DNA of 64,000 bases from an uncultured Acidobacteriota bacterium (GTDB taxonomy: Bacteria > Actinomycetota > Acidimicrobiia > Spongiisociales > ZC4RG35): contig CAVQFU010000005.1 in assembly GCA_963711895.1 (NCBI GenBank), positions 26,034 to 90,033 on the forward strand, read 5' to 3'. The notes under the pieces were generated by a model, which saw only the letters and a program-made list of their open reading frames with translations, made no database searches and was not told the DNA's origin. Made by a program: the position numbers and the translations under genes. Of this stretch, positions 47,250 through 56,773 are shown piece by piece; position 1 is the stretch's first letter; every line of letters starts with the position of its first letter.

Positions 47250-48092
47250 ATGCCCAACATCGTCAGGGCCGCCATCGTCCAGACCGAGTGGACCGGCGAC
47301 AAGGAAACGATGATCAAGAAGAACGCCGACTACGCCCGTGATGCGGCGAAACAGGGTGCCCAGGTCATGTGCTTCCAGGAGTTGTTCTACGGCCCCTACT
47401 TCTGCCAGGTGCAGGAGAACGAGCACTTCGACTACGCCGAGCCGATCCCCGACGGCCCCACCACCGAGCTGATGCAGGACCTGGCCAAGGAGACGGGGAT
47501 GGTCCTGGTGGTGCCGATCTTCGAGATGGAGCAGGAGGGCTTCTACTACAACACGGCATCGGTCATCGACGCCGACGGGACCTATCTGGGGAAATACCGC
47601 AAGACCCACATTCCCCACGTCAAGGGTTTCTTCGAGAAGTTCTACTTCCGCCCCGGCAACACCGGCTATCCGGTCTTCGACACCGCAGTGGGCCGCATCG
47701 GCGTCTACATCTGTTACGACCGCCACTTCCCGGAGGGGTGGCGCGCCCTCGGCCTGAATGGGGCGAGGATCGTGTTCAACCCGTCGGCCACCAGCCGGGG
47801 CCTCTCGATGTATCTGTGGAATCTGGAGCAGCCGGCCTCGGCCGTGGCCAACGAGTACTTCATCGGCGCCATCAACAGAGTTGGTCAGGAGCCCTTCGGC
47901 GACAACGACTTCTACGGGTCCTCGTACTTCGTCGACCCGAGGGGTCAGATCGTCGGTGAGGCGGCTTCGGACACCGAGGAGGAGCTGGTTATCCGCGACC
48001 TCGACCTCGACTTGATCGAGGAGGTTCGACAGCAATGGGCCTTCTACCGCGACCGGCGCCCGGATGCGTATGGAGACCTGGTAGCACCGTAG
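47250..48092 (+). CDS. nitrilase-superfamily carbon-nitrogen hydrolase, beta-ureidopropionase-like
   Basis: AAGGAGG Shine-Dalgarno sequence at 47234-40. Catalytic E-K-C contexts CFQELF, YRKTHIP and VYICYDRHFPE. Confidence 0.8.
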   Translation: MPNIVRAAIVQTEWTGDKETMIKKNADYARDAAKQGAQVMCFQELFYGPYFCQVQENEHFDYAEPIPDGPTTELMQDLAKETGMVLVVPIFEMEQEGFYYNTASVIDADGTYLGKYRKTHIPHVKGFFEKFYFRPGNTGYPVFDTAVGRIGVYICYDRHFPEGWRALGLNGARIVFNPSATSRGLSMYLWNLEQPASAVANEYFIGAINRVGQEPFGDNDFYGSSYFVDPRGQIVGEAASDTEEELVIRDLDLDLIEEVRQQWAFYRDRRPDAYGDLVAP

Positions 48093-48102
48093 AGGAGGGG
48101 TG

Positions 48103-49524
48103 ATGGCACGGACCGTTATCAAGGGAGGGACGGTCGTCACCGCGACCGAGACGATGGGCGCCGATGTGCTGGTCGACGGGGAGAAGGTGGTCGCCCTAGC
48201 CGCACCGGGCTCACACGACTGGGAGTCAGGCGCCGAAAAGGTGATCGACGCCACCGGCAAATACGTGATGCCGGGAGGGATCGATGTCCACACCCACATG
48301 GAGCTCCCTTTCGGCGGCACCTTCGCCTCGGACAACTTCGAGACCGGGACCCGGGCCGCGGCCTGGGGCGGGACCACCACGATCATCGACTTCGCCGTCC
48401 AGACCAAGGGCGGCTCGGCGATGGAGGGTTATGAGTCCTGGCGGGAGAAAGCCGACGGCAACGTGGCCATCGACTACGGCCTTCACATGATCACCGGCGA
48501 CATCAATGAGCAGACCCTCAAAGAGATGGATGTGCTGGTGGACGAGGGTGTGACCTCGTTCAAGCTGTTTATGGCCTACCCCGGGGTCTTCTACTCCGAC
48601 GACGGCGAGATCCTCCTCGCCATGCAGAAGGCGGCGGAAAACGGGTCAACCATCTGCATGCATGCAGAGAATGGGATCGCCATCGACGTCTACGTCGAGC
48701 AGGCGTTGAAACGAGGCCAGACCGACCCCCTTCACCACGGGCTCGTCCGCAAGGCCCTGCTCGAGGGAGAGGCGGCTCATCGCGCCATCGTTCTCGCCGA
48801 GCTCACCGGGGCTCCGCTCTACATCGTCCACACGTCGGCCAAGGAAGCGGTGCACGAGGTGATACAGGCTCGGGACCGCGGCCTCAACGTGTTTGCCGAG
48901 ACCTGCCCCCAATACCTCTTCTTCGATCTCGACAATCTGGGCGATGGATTCGAGGGAGCCAAGTACATCTGCTCACCTCCGATGCGAGACCGGGCTGCGG
49001 GTCATCAGGACGCCCTATGGCAAGGGCTGCGGACCAACGATCTCCAGGTGGTCTCCACCGACCATTGCCCGTTCTGCTTCAACGACCACCCAGAACTGGG
49101 TCGGCAGAAGCGACTCGGCGAAGAAGACTTCTCCAAGATCCCCAACGGCATGCCGGGCGTTGAGCCCCGGATGGAGGTGCTATTCGACGGTGGTGTCAGC
49201 CAGGGTCGGATCGGCGTCAACCGGTTCGTGGAGATCACCGCGACGACCCCGGCCAAGATGTTCGGCCTGTACCCGCAGAAGGGGACGATCGCGGTGGGGT
49301 CCGACGCCGACATCGTGATCTTCGATCCCAGCGAGAAGCACGTCATCTCGGTGGACAACCAGCACATGCGGGTCGACTACTCGGCCTACGAGGGCCACGA
49401 GGTCACCGGAAAGGTCAAGTGCGTGCTCACCCGGGGTCGGATCATCATCGAGAACGGTGAATACCTGGGTAAGCCAGGCGACGGCCGGTACCTCAAGCGA
49501 GGCACCAATCAGTATCTGATCTGA
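48103..49524 (+). CDS. dihydropyrimidinase / D-hydantoinase
   Basis: GGIDVHTHMELPF metal site, SFKLFMAY (carboxylated Lys context), ICMHAENG, STDHCPF and GSDADIVIFDP. Confidence 0.9.
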   Translation: MARTVIKGGTVVTATETMGADVLVDGEKVVALAAPGSHDWESGAEKVIDATGKYVMPGGIDVHTHMELPFGGTFASDNFETGTRAAAWGGTTTIIDFAVQTKGGSAMEGYESWREKADGNVAIDYGLHMITGDINEQTLKEMDVLVDEGVTSFKLFMAYPGVFYSDDGEILLAMQKAAENGSTICMHAENGIAIDVYVEQALKRGQTDPLHHGLVRKALLEGEAAHRAIVLAELTGAPLYIVHTSAKEAVHEVIQARDRGLNVFAETCPQYLFFDLDNLGDGFEGAKYICSPPMRDRAAGHQDALWQGLRTNDLQVVSTDHCPFCFNDHPELGRQKRLGEEDFSKIPNGMPGVEPRMEVLFDGGVSQGRIGVNRFVEITATTPAKMFGLYPQKGTIAVGSDADIVIFDPSEKHVISVDNQHMRVDYSAYEGHEVTGKVKCVLTRGRIIIENGEYLGKPGDGRYLKRGTNQYLI

Positions 49525-49525
49525 G

Positions 49526-49598
49526 ATTTCTCCCCCGCGGGAGCGGAGCGACTATTTCCTCCCCCAGTAGCGGACCGACGTTGGGGGAGGTGGCCAAG
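49526..49598 (+). repeat. degenerate forward-orientation variant of the structured repeat
   Basis: Begins ATTTCTCCCCCGCGGGAG 2 nt after the stop at 49524. Contains a second TTTCCTCCCCC...GGGGGAGG hairpin. Confidence 0.45.
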
Positions 49599-49600
49599 AA

Positions 49601-49649
49601 ATCCCCCCTCCCCGCCTGCGGCGGTACTCCCCCCTGCGGGGGGAGAAAC
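49601..49649 (-). repeat. copy C of the ~48-nt structured repeat (inverted orientation)
   Basis: The reverse complement reads GTTTCTCCCCCCGCAGGGGGGAGTACCGCCGCAGGCGGGGAGGGGGGAT. It starts 15 nt after the stop (49664) of the minus-strand CPBP gene. Confidence 0.75.
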
Positions 49650-49663
49650 AGGGCCGAGGGGGG

Positions 49664-50386
49664 TTAGGCCGCCATCTCCAGCGCGGGTACCGGTGCGACC
49701 TTGGTCCTGGTGGCGAGTCGGGCGAATGCGGCGAGGGTCATGTTGACTCCGGCGTGCACCGCCACCGGGACCCAGATCGATCCCGTCTCGATGCGAAGCC
49801 AGACCAGGAAGGCTCCAGCGGCGGTGGTGGCGACCACGGTGATAGCGACGTGGAGGAAACGGGCCATGCTGCGTCTGTCGTTGGCGTGAGCTTGGTCGAG
49901 TCCGGGCCCGATGTGCCAGAGCCCGAACAACACGGCTCCTCCCCAGAGAGCCATCGGCTCGGGATAGACGGCGATGAGGGCCGCATGAAGGACCCCACGA
50001 AACACAGCCTCTTCGATGACGACGGTGATCAGCGGGATCCTGACCAGGATGTGGGCGGCTGCGGTCCGACTGGACATCGCCCCCATCCGGGGGTCGGCGA
50101 GATGGCCTCTCAGCTGGGGTCGGCTCATCATCACCACACCGACCGTGCACATCGCCACAAGGGTTGCCGACCCCCAAGACGCGAGGAGCCCCCCGTCGGG
50201 GCCGGCGAGACCGATCGCTGTCGGGCCGAACCACACCGCCGCGACCACCACTACCGCCGCCCCCACCGAACTGGTGGCGAGCGGCGCCCATGTGGGACGG
50301 AAGCGGATTGGCAGAAGCAAGTAGACGATTGTCTGAAACGCGACCGCGTAGATGATCAGGGGGATGGCGGTGGCGAGTAGTGACAT
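49664..50386 (-). CDS. CPBP-family intramembrane glutamic endopeptidase (CAAX protease-like)
   Basis: EEAVFRG, FGLWH and HAGVN motifs in a polytopic membrane protein. Confidence 0.8.
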   Translation of the reverse strand: MSLLATAIPLIIYAVAFQTIVYLLLPIRFRPTWAPLATSSVGAAVVVVAAVWFGPTAIGLAGPDGGLLASWGSATLVAMCTVGVVMMSRPQLRGHLADPRMGAMSSRTAAAHILVRIPLITVVIEEAVFRGVLHAALIAVYPEPMALWGGAVLFGLWHIGPGLDQAHANDRRSMARFLHVAITVVATTAAGAFLVWLRIETGSIWVPVAVHAGVNMTLAAFARLATRTKVAPVPALEMAA

Positions 50387-50495
50387 GATTTTGGGCGACC
50401 CGGTCGAGAGCGACCTGGTCAGCCGCTCACGATGCCAAGGTATCGGTTTAGAGGGTGTAAAGGAACAGACCCAAATACCTGAATTCGCTTTGGCA

Positions 50496-51365
50496 CTAGG
50501 ACGTGGCCGTGGGATCGCAGCTGCCGGGTTGTCCGGTGGTGAATCCCTGGTTCAGCCACTGGTAACGCTGCTCCGAGCTTCCGTGGGTCCACGACTCCGG
50601 GTTCACCTGGCCGGTGGTCTGCTGTTGGATGGCGTCGTCACCGACCGCGGCGGCTGCATCTAATGCTTCCTGGAGGTCGCCTGATTCGAGGAGTGCTGCG
50701 GAAGTCCCGGTCCGAAGCGTCGACATCCACACCCCTGCGAAGCAGTCGGCCTGAAGCTCTAGTGCGATGCTCGCCTCATTGGTCCCTTCACTCTGGACCT
50801 GTTCAGTGATACCGAGCTGATGCTGGACGTGATGACCAACCTCGTGGGCCAGGATGTAGGCCTGGGCGGTGTCACCGGCCGCGCCGAACCTTCTCTGTAG
50901 CTCGCCGAGGAAGTCGAGATCCATGTATGCCAGTTCGTCGGCGGGGCAGTAATGGGGCCCCGACTGGGCCTGGGCTCCGCCGCATCCCGAGCCAGTGACC
51001 GTGTTGAATACGACCAGGTTGGTGGGCCGATACTCGAGGCCGGATTCCTGAAAGACACCCACCCACATCGCCTGATTGTCCTGCAACACCTCCTCGAGGT
51101 AGCGAGCCAGGTCTGCCTCGGGATCGACCGACGGATCGAGCGTGTTCCCTGTTTCCGGCTGGACCTCGCCGGCCGGCTGCAGAGCTTCGGTGAGACCACT
51201 CAGGTCGCCACCTCCGCCCAGAAGGGTGATGAGGAGGAGGACGACGATTCCGATTGCGCCGCCGCCAATCCCAACAGTGCGAACGCCGGGGCCCATTCCC
51301 CCGCCCGCGCCCCGACGATCGATGACCCGTCCAGGACCGGTCGCATCTCGCTTCCATTTGACCAC
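50496..51365 (-). CDS. neutral zinc metallopeptidase (YpfJ-like)
   Basis: MVKWKRD...IDRRG N-terminus, one TM helix, and the HEVGHHVQHQLG zinc motif. Confidence 0.8.
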   Translation of the reverse strand: MVKWKRDATGPGRVIDRRGAGGGMGPGVRTVGIGGGAIGIVVLLLITLLGGGGDLSGLTEALQPAGEVQPETGNTLDPSVDPEADLARYLEEVLQDNQAMWVGVFQESGLEYRPTNLVVFNTVTGSGCGGAQAQSGPHYCPADELAYMDLDFLGELQRRFGAAGDTAQAYILAHEVGHHVQHQLGITEQVQSEGTNEASIALELQADCFAGVWMSTLRTGTSAALLESGDLQEALDAAAAVGDDAIQQQTTGQVNPESWTHGSSEQRYQWLNQGFTTGQPGSCDPTATS

Positions 51366-51452
51366 GTCGCATACCTACCCATTGAGCGTGGCTAGCTAAC
51401 ACTCGGGGGCGACCCCACGGTCGTATAGCCCGTCCCCGTGTAGATTCGCCCC

Positions 51453-52946
51453 ATGAGGCAGATCCAGCACTGGATTGACGGACAGCTCACCGGAGGGACC
51501 GGAGGACGGGTCGGAGAGGTGTTCAATCCGGCCACGGGCGAGCAGACCAACGAGGTGGTGCTGGGCTCGGCGGAAGACGTGGATCGCGCAGTGCAGACGG
51601 CTCGCAGCGCCTTCGAGACCTGGCGGTTCTCCTCCCTGACCCAGCGTCAGAACATCATGTTCGCGTTCCGCGAGCTCGTCGCCGCACGAAAGATGGACTT
51701 CGCCAGGCTCCTCACTGCAGAGCACGGGAAGACGATCGACGATGCCCTCGGGGAGGTGCAACGTGGCCTGGAAGTGGTCGAGTTCGCCTGCAACATCGCC
51801 CACCTCCTCAAGGGAGATTTCTCGGAGCAGGTCTCGAAGGGCGTCGACACCTACACCATTCGCCAGCCACTCGGTGTCGTCGCCGGGATCACCCCGTTCA
51901 ATTTCCCCGCCATGGTCCCGATGTGGATGTATCCGCTTGCCATTGCTTGTGGCAACACCTTCGTGCTGAAGCCCTCTGAGAAGGACCCTTCGTGCTCTCT
52001 TCTGGCGGCAGAGTTGCTCGCCGAGGCGGGACTCCCCGAAGGGGTTTTCAACGTCATTCACGGTGACAAGGAGGCGGTGGACGCGCTGCTCACCCATCCG
52101 ATGGTGGCCGCCATCTCCTTCGTTGGGTCTACCCCGATTGCCCGCTACATCTATGAGACCGGGACCAGCCATGGCAAGCGGGTCCAGGCATTGGGTGGCG
52201 CCAAGAACCACATGATCGTCCTGCCGGATGCCGACATGGACCTGGCAGCCGACGCCGCGGTATCGGCGGGCTATGGCTCAGCCGGTGAGCGCTGCATGGC
52301 CATCTCGGCAGTGGTGGCGGTGGGCGACGCCGGCGACGCTCTCATAGAAGGGGTGAGGACCCGGATCGAGAAGTTGAAGGTGGGCCCGGGTCACGAGACC
52401 GGAGTCGAGATGGGGCCCCTCGTGACGAGACAACACCTGGAGAAGGTCCGGGGGTATGTCGACGCCGGTGAGGAGGCTGGCGCCCTGCTCGTCGCCGACG
52501 GCCGGGACCTGGTTGTCGATGGGCACGAAAACGGCTTCTTCCTTGGCCCGACACTGTTCGACAAGGTGACCACGGACATGTCGATCTATACGGACGAGAT
52601 ATTCGGCCCCGTTCTCTCCACGGTGCGGATGGAACATTTCGAAGAGGCGATCGGGCTCATCAACCAAAACCCGTACGGGAACGGAACCGCAGTGTTCACC
52701 AACGATGGCGGCGCGGCCCGCAAGTTCCAGTCCGAGATCGAGGTGGGCATGGTCGGGGTCAATGTCCCGATCCCGGTGCCGTTGTCCTTCTACAGCTTCG
52801 GTGGCTGGAAGGACTCCATCTTCGGCAGCCATGCCATCTACGGCCCGGAAGGCGTGCACTTCTACAGCAGACAGAAGGTGGTGATCTCCCGCTGGGCCGA
52901 CCCGATCCACCGAGGCGTGGATCTCGGGTTCCCCACCCACGGGTGA
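51453..52946 (+). CDS. mmsA: CoA-acylating methylmalonate-semialdehyde dehydrogenase
   Basis: IQHWIDGQ start, FNFPAMVPMWM, the VLKPSE context, GERCMA catalytic Cys context, and the C-terminal FYSRQKVVISRW tail. Confidence 0.9.
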   Translation: MRQIQHWIDGQLTGGTGGRVGEVFNPATGEQTNEVVLGSAEDVDRAVQTARSAFETWRFSSLTQRQNIMFAFRELVAARKMDFARLLTAEHGKTIDDALGEVQRGLEVVEFACNIAHLLKGDFSEQVSKGVDTYTIRQPLGVVAGITPFNFPAMVPMWMYPLAIACGNTFVLKPSEKDPSCSLLAAELLAEAGLPEGVFNVIHGDKEAVDALLTHPMVAAISFVGSTPIARYIYETGTSHGKRVQALGGAKNHMIVLPDADMDLAADAAVSAGYGSAGERCMAISAVVAVGDAGDALIEGVRTRIEKLKVGPGHETGVEMGPLVTRQHLEKVRGYVDAGEEAGALLVADGRDLVVDGHENGFFLGPTLFDKVTTDMSIYTDEIFGPVLSTVRMEHFEEAIGLINQNPYGNGTAVFTNDGGAARKFQSEIEVGMVGVNVPIPVPLSFYSFGGWKDSIFGSHAIYGPEGVHFYSRQKVVISRWADPIHRGVDLGFPTHG

Positions 52947-53743
52947 GACGCCGCCCGCTTCGGGCCTGGTCCTCGCTCGCCGGTGTCGCCCTGATCCTGG
53001 TTTCGTGCGGGAACTCACCGGCCGACGAGACGACGACGTCTTCTTCCACCGTCACCACGGTCCCCACCACATCGCCGGCGACCACCGAGCCGGCCGGGCG
53101 GCCCGTCGTGCTCTCCGACCTGGTCGGTCGCTGGGAGAGCGAGGCCAATGCCCTGGTGTTCGACGAGGGTGGCTCGTACGAGCTATTCGAGCTCGATACC
53201 GACGGCGTCCAATCGCCGACAGGCGTGATCGGGTTCGTGGCCCTTCAGGACGGCCATCTCATCTTTGCCACCAGCGCCAATCCCAATCCTTGCCCCGGCG
53301 AGACCGGTGTCTATGACGGGGAGCTGGTCGGCGAGGAGCTGCATCTGTCGGTCGTCGACGAGCCATGCGACTTCCGTGAGGAGGCGTTTGCCTTCCCGTT
53401 CACCCGAATCTCGCCGACGACGACGAGCGGGACCGAGGCGGTCATCTCAGACCTGACCGGGAGCTGGGAGAACGAGAGATCGGTCCTCAGGGTCAACGAT
53501 GCCGGGGACTATGTGGTGCTCGGTCCTGAAGCCGACCCCGATCAGCCGCTCACAGGTGGCTTCGTGGCGAGGGAGAAGGGCAACTTCATCTTTGTCTCGG
53601 GCGTAGCCGGCGAGTGCCCCGGGCAGACCGGCGTATACGGGGCCGTCATCGTTGACGGCCAACTGACGCTCACCGCCGTCGACGATCCCTGCACGGCGCG
53701 GGTGACCTGGTTCGAGCCGGTCTACACCCTGGCGGACGGTTAG
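52943..53743 (+). CDS. hypothetical lipoprotein with an internal two-fold domain duplication
   Basis: Lipobox LILVSCGN and a Thr-rich linker. Two ~95-aa units share SDLxGxWExE...G.Y...D...P.TG...F......IF......CPGxTGVY...L.L..VDxPC. Confidence 0.55.
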   Translation: MRRRPLRAWSSLAGVALILVSCGNSPADETTTSSSTVTTVPTTSPATTEPAGRPVVLSDLVGRWESEANALVFDEGGSYELFELDTDGVQSPTGVIGFVALQDGHLIFATSANPNPCPGETGVYDGELVGEELHLSVVDEPCDFREEAFAFPFTRISPTTTSGTEAVISDLTGSWENERSVLRVNDAGDYVVLGPEADPDQPLTGGFVAREKGNFIFVSGVAGECPGQTGVYGAVIVDGQLTLTAVDDPCTARVTWFEPVYTLADG

Positions 53744-55029
53744 CTGGGAGACCCGGCGACAAGATCGCGGGCCAGCAGGTCGTCGTCGGTCTCCCTCCGG
53801 ACGACGAGGCGGGCGTCGCCGTCACTGACGAAGACCACCGCCGGGCGTCGTGCCATGTTGTAATTGGACCCCATCGAGTGCCCGTAGGCCCCGGTCACCG
53901 GGGTAGCGAGCAGGTCGCCGACCTTCACGTCTTCGGGGATATAGGCGTTCCACGCCAGCACATCTCCCGACTCACAATGTTTACCCACGAGCCGGATGGG
54001 TCGGATGCGGTCTGAACTCGTTGCCGCCGGGGCAAATACCTCGTAACCGCTGCCATAGAGCACCGGCCGCGGGTTGTCACTCATCCCGCCGTCAACTGAG
54101 ACATAGGTCCTGACTTGGGGGATCTCCTTGATGGTCCCCACGGTGTAGAGGGTCAGCGCCGCCTGGGCGACGATGGCCCTCCCCGGCTCGGCCATGATCC
54201 GTGCCTGCACCCCGGAGGCGGCTGCCGCATCGGTCACGGCCTTCCCCCATTCCGGGATCGTCGGCGCCGTCTCGCCCTCCACATACGCCACACCCAGGCC
54301 ACCGCCGATGGAGAGCTCTTCGATGTCGAGCGGTGCGGCGAAAGCGGCGATGACCTCGATTGCCCTCTCGAATGACGCCACGTCGAAGACCTGGCTGCCG
54401 ACATGGGCATGGATGCCGATCAGCTTTATCGCCGAAGAGGCACGGGCCCGCTCCACCGCTTGTTCGGCCTCACCCCCCTCTGTGGTGATTCCGAACTTGG
54501 AGTCGGCGGCGCCGGTGCGGAGGTACTCGTGGGTGTGGGCCTCGATTCCTGGATTCACCCTGATCAGGACGGCGGGAGCGGGGGCTCCGCCGGCAACGAG
54601 AGCCTCGATTCTGTCCATCTCGACGAGGGAATCGATGACGATGCGTCCTACGCCCGCTTCAAGTGCCTTCTTCAGCTCGTTTGGCGACTTGTTGTTCCCG
54701 TGGAAGACGAGCCGGTCGGCCGGTATGCCGGCAGCCAGCGAGATGTGGATCTCGCCGCCGGTTGCCACATCGAGCAGAAGGCCCTCCTCATGAGCGAGCC
54801 GGGCCATCGCCCCACACAGGAAGGCCTTGGTGGCATAGGCGACCCCATCGGGGAAGGCGGCCACTGCCTCACGGCAGCGGGAGCGAAGATGTGTCTCGTC
54901 GTAGACGAACAGAGGAGTGCCATGCTCGGCGGCCAGCTCGGCGACATCGCATCCACCGACGCTCAGCCTGCCCGAGGGATCGACCTCAGCTGTCTCTGGC
55001 AGGAGCCGCAGAGGCAGGACACTCACCAC
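53740..55029 (-). CDS. lysA: diaminopimelate decarboxylase
   Basis: GTPLFVYDE, YATKAF (PLP Lys), HGNNKS, HAHVGSQ, GGGLGV, CESGD and TGAYGHSMGSNYN. Confidence 0.9.
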   Translation of the reverse strand: MVSVLPLRLLPETAEVDPSGRLSVGGCDVAELAAEHGTPLFVYDETHLRSRCREAVAAFPDGVAYATKAFLCGAMARLAHEEGLLLDVATGGEIHISLAAGIPADRLVFHGNNKSPNELKKALEAGVGRIVIDSLVEMDRIEALVAGGAPAPAVLIRVNPGIEAHTHEYLRTGAADSKFGITTEGGEAEQAVERARASSAIKLIGIHAHVGSQVFDVASFERAIEVIAAFAAPLDIEELSIGGGLGVAYVEGETAPTIPEWGKAVTDAAAASGVQARIMAEPGRAIVAQAALTLYTVGTIKEIPQVRTYVSVDGGMSDNPRPVLYGSGYEVFAPAATSSDRIRPIRLVGKHCESGDVLAWNAYIPEDVKVGDLLATPVTGAYGHSMGSNYNMARRPAVVFVSDGDARLVVRRETDDDLLARDLVAGSPS

Positions 55030-55050
55030 TCACCACCCACCACTCACCAC

Positions 55051-56175
55051 TCAAAAAGCCCAAGACGAGCCTCGCCCCGCGCCCGTGGCGAAATCATCAG
55101 CGGGGGTTATCCCCCGGGCCAGGTCGTGCTTGAAGCGGCTCACTATCCCATCGAGGTTGGCCATGTCGATGAGGAACGAATCGTGACCCTGTGGGGCATG
55201 AAGCATCTGATAGCGAGCATTGGGGAGCCCGGTGGCGAGCTCTTCGACCTCGGTGGCCGGATAGAGGATGTCACTCGAGATGCCCACGGTGAGGAAGGGT
55301 GTCTTCAACCCGGTCAGGACCTGGTCCATGTCACCGCGGCCCCGCGCCAGGTCGTGGCTGTCCATCGCATCGACCAGCCGGAGGTACGTGTTGGCGTCGA
55401 AGCGGCCGACCAGCTTCTGACCCTGGTACCGGAGGTAGGACTGGATCTCGAACTCGTCTTCCAGCGTCTTCCGCCCGAATCGGGATTCGAAGTTGGCCTT
55501 TCCCCGGTACGAGATCATGGCGATCATCCGGGCCACGGCGAGACCGTTGTCCGGACCCAGCCCCGGCTGATAGTCGCCGTCGAGGAACTTCGGGTCGGCC
55601 CAGATGGCAGCCCGCTGCGCCTCGGAGAAGGCGACACTCCACGCCGAATGATGGGATCCGACTCCTATGGCTACCCCACCCCCCACTTTGTCCGGGTACA
55701 TCGCCGCCCATTCCAGGGCCTGCATGCCGCCCATCGAACCGCCGATGACCAGCTCCAGCGTCTCGACCTCGAGGTGGTCGAGCAAGCCGGCCTGGAGATC
55801 GACCATGTCCCGAATCGTGACCCTGGGGAAGTCATGTCCGTACCAGCGGTCCGTGCCGGGTCGTAGCGAGGTCGGCCCGGTGGTCCCGTAGCAACCGCCG
55901 ATGACGTTGCTGGCGATTACGAAGTCCTGTTCGGGGTCGAACGACCGGTTCGGGCCAAACAGACCTTCCCACCATTCGTCGGCGTCGGCGCTCCCGGTCA
56001 GCGCATGACAGACGAGGATGGCTTTAGACCGGGGGTCACCCCAGGTCCGGTAACCCACCTGGACCTCCTCGAGTGTCTCCCCGCTTTCCAGATGGAAGAC
56101 ACCGGGATGGTGGTAGAACCTCGTTTCCTCGGAGAGTGGATACTGCAACAGTCCTGCCCGTGATTGGGATCCCAC
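55051..56175 (-). CDS. metX: homoserine O-acetyltransferase
   Basis: FHLESGETLEEVQVGYRTWG, LVCHALTGSADADEWW, VIGGSMGGMQALEW (nucleophile elbow) and APQGHDSFL. Start taken at GTG 56175; ATG 56250 is the alternative. Confidence 0.85.
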   Translation of the reverse strand: MGSQSRAGLLQYPLSEETRFYHHPGVFHLESGETLEEVQVGYRTWGDPRSKAILVCHALTGSADADEWWEGLFGPNRSFDPEQDFVIASNVIGGCYGTTGPTSLRPGTDRWYGHDFPRVTIRDMVDLQAGLLDHLEVETLELVIGGSMGGMQALEWAAMYPDKVGGGVAIGVGSHHSAWSVAFSEAQRAAIWADPKFLDGDYQPGLGPDNGLAVARMIAMISYRGKANFESRFGRKTLEDEFEIQSYLRYQGQKLVGRFDANTYLRLVDAMDSHDLARGRGDMDQVLTGLKTPFLTVGISSDILYPATEVEELATGLPNARYQMLHAPQGHDSFLIDMANLDGIVSRFKHDLARGITPADDFATGAGRGSSWAF

Positions 56176-56272
56176 AGTCTCACATACGGGCCTGGATGTC
56201 TCAATTACGGGGTGGTATCGAGAGAGGATGGGGTCCCACCCGTACCCCATCCCCGCTCGTGCCAGCCAGGGG

Positions 56273-56674
56273 TCAGGCTTCCGCCGGCTGTGTCCCCCGT
56301 CTGGCTGAGGTGGCCACAACTCCGATGCCGAGAGCGCCGACTGCCAGATGGAGGACGTTGTCGGCCTGGTTGATGGCCAGGATGTTGGCGTTGGTGTCGA
56401 TCAGGATCAGCCCGAGCACACCGACCAGCAGGTAGGCCGAGGAGAGGACCAAGACCACGGCCCGGGCGCCTGTCTCGCTTGCCCTGGCCCCGATCAGATA
56501 GGTGACGCCGAGGATCAGATGGATCAGGTTGTGAGCGGGGTTGATCCCGAAGAGGATCAGCGTCTCACCGTCCATGCCGAAGAACTCGCCGAAGCCGGTT
56601 AGGAAGAATCCCACCACTCCGACGGCAACGAATGTCCAGCCCAGGATCCTGGCGTATGTCTTGACGTAGCTCAT
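56273..56674 (-). CDS. DUF4383-family small membrane protein
   Basis: 133 aa from ATG 56674 (AGGAGG 5 nt upstream). Four TM helices with INPAHNLIHLILG. The rest of track ORF 56273-57670 is an antisense extension. Confidence 0.65.
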   Translation of the reverse strand: MSYVKTYARILGWTFVAVGVVGFFLTGFGEFFGMDGETLILFGINPAHNLIHLILGVTYLIGARASETGARAVVLVLSSAYLLVGVLGLILIDTNANILAINQADNVLHLAVGALGIGVVATSARRGTQPAEA

Positions 56675-56773
56675 CGAGCCTCCTTTCGAACACCATTCGT
56701 TGTCACGGGCCTCGCGGATTGGTCCAAAGTGAGCCGAGCTGTCCGGTAGTTTTCGTGCCATGAGTGGGATGCT

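Noticed and set aside
47220-48407. 395-aa minus-strand ORF
   Set aside because: It is antisense to the beta-ureidopropionase-like and dihydropyrimidinase genes and has no motifs.
54403-55866. 487-aa plus-strand ORF
   Set aside because: It is antisense to lysA and metX, both of which have unambiguous catalytic motifs. Its composition is shadow-ORF-like.
56226-56252. Hairpin GGATGGGGT-N9-ACCCCATCC upstream of metX, examined as a possible SAM riboswitch
   Set aside because: None of the conserved SAM-I or SAM-IV core elements are present. It is a simple stem-loop between the DUF4383 stop and the metX start, and may even overlap an alternative metX ATG.
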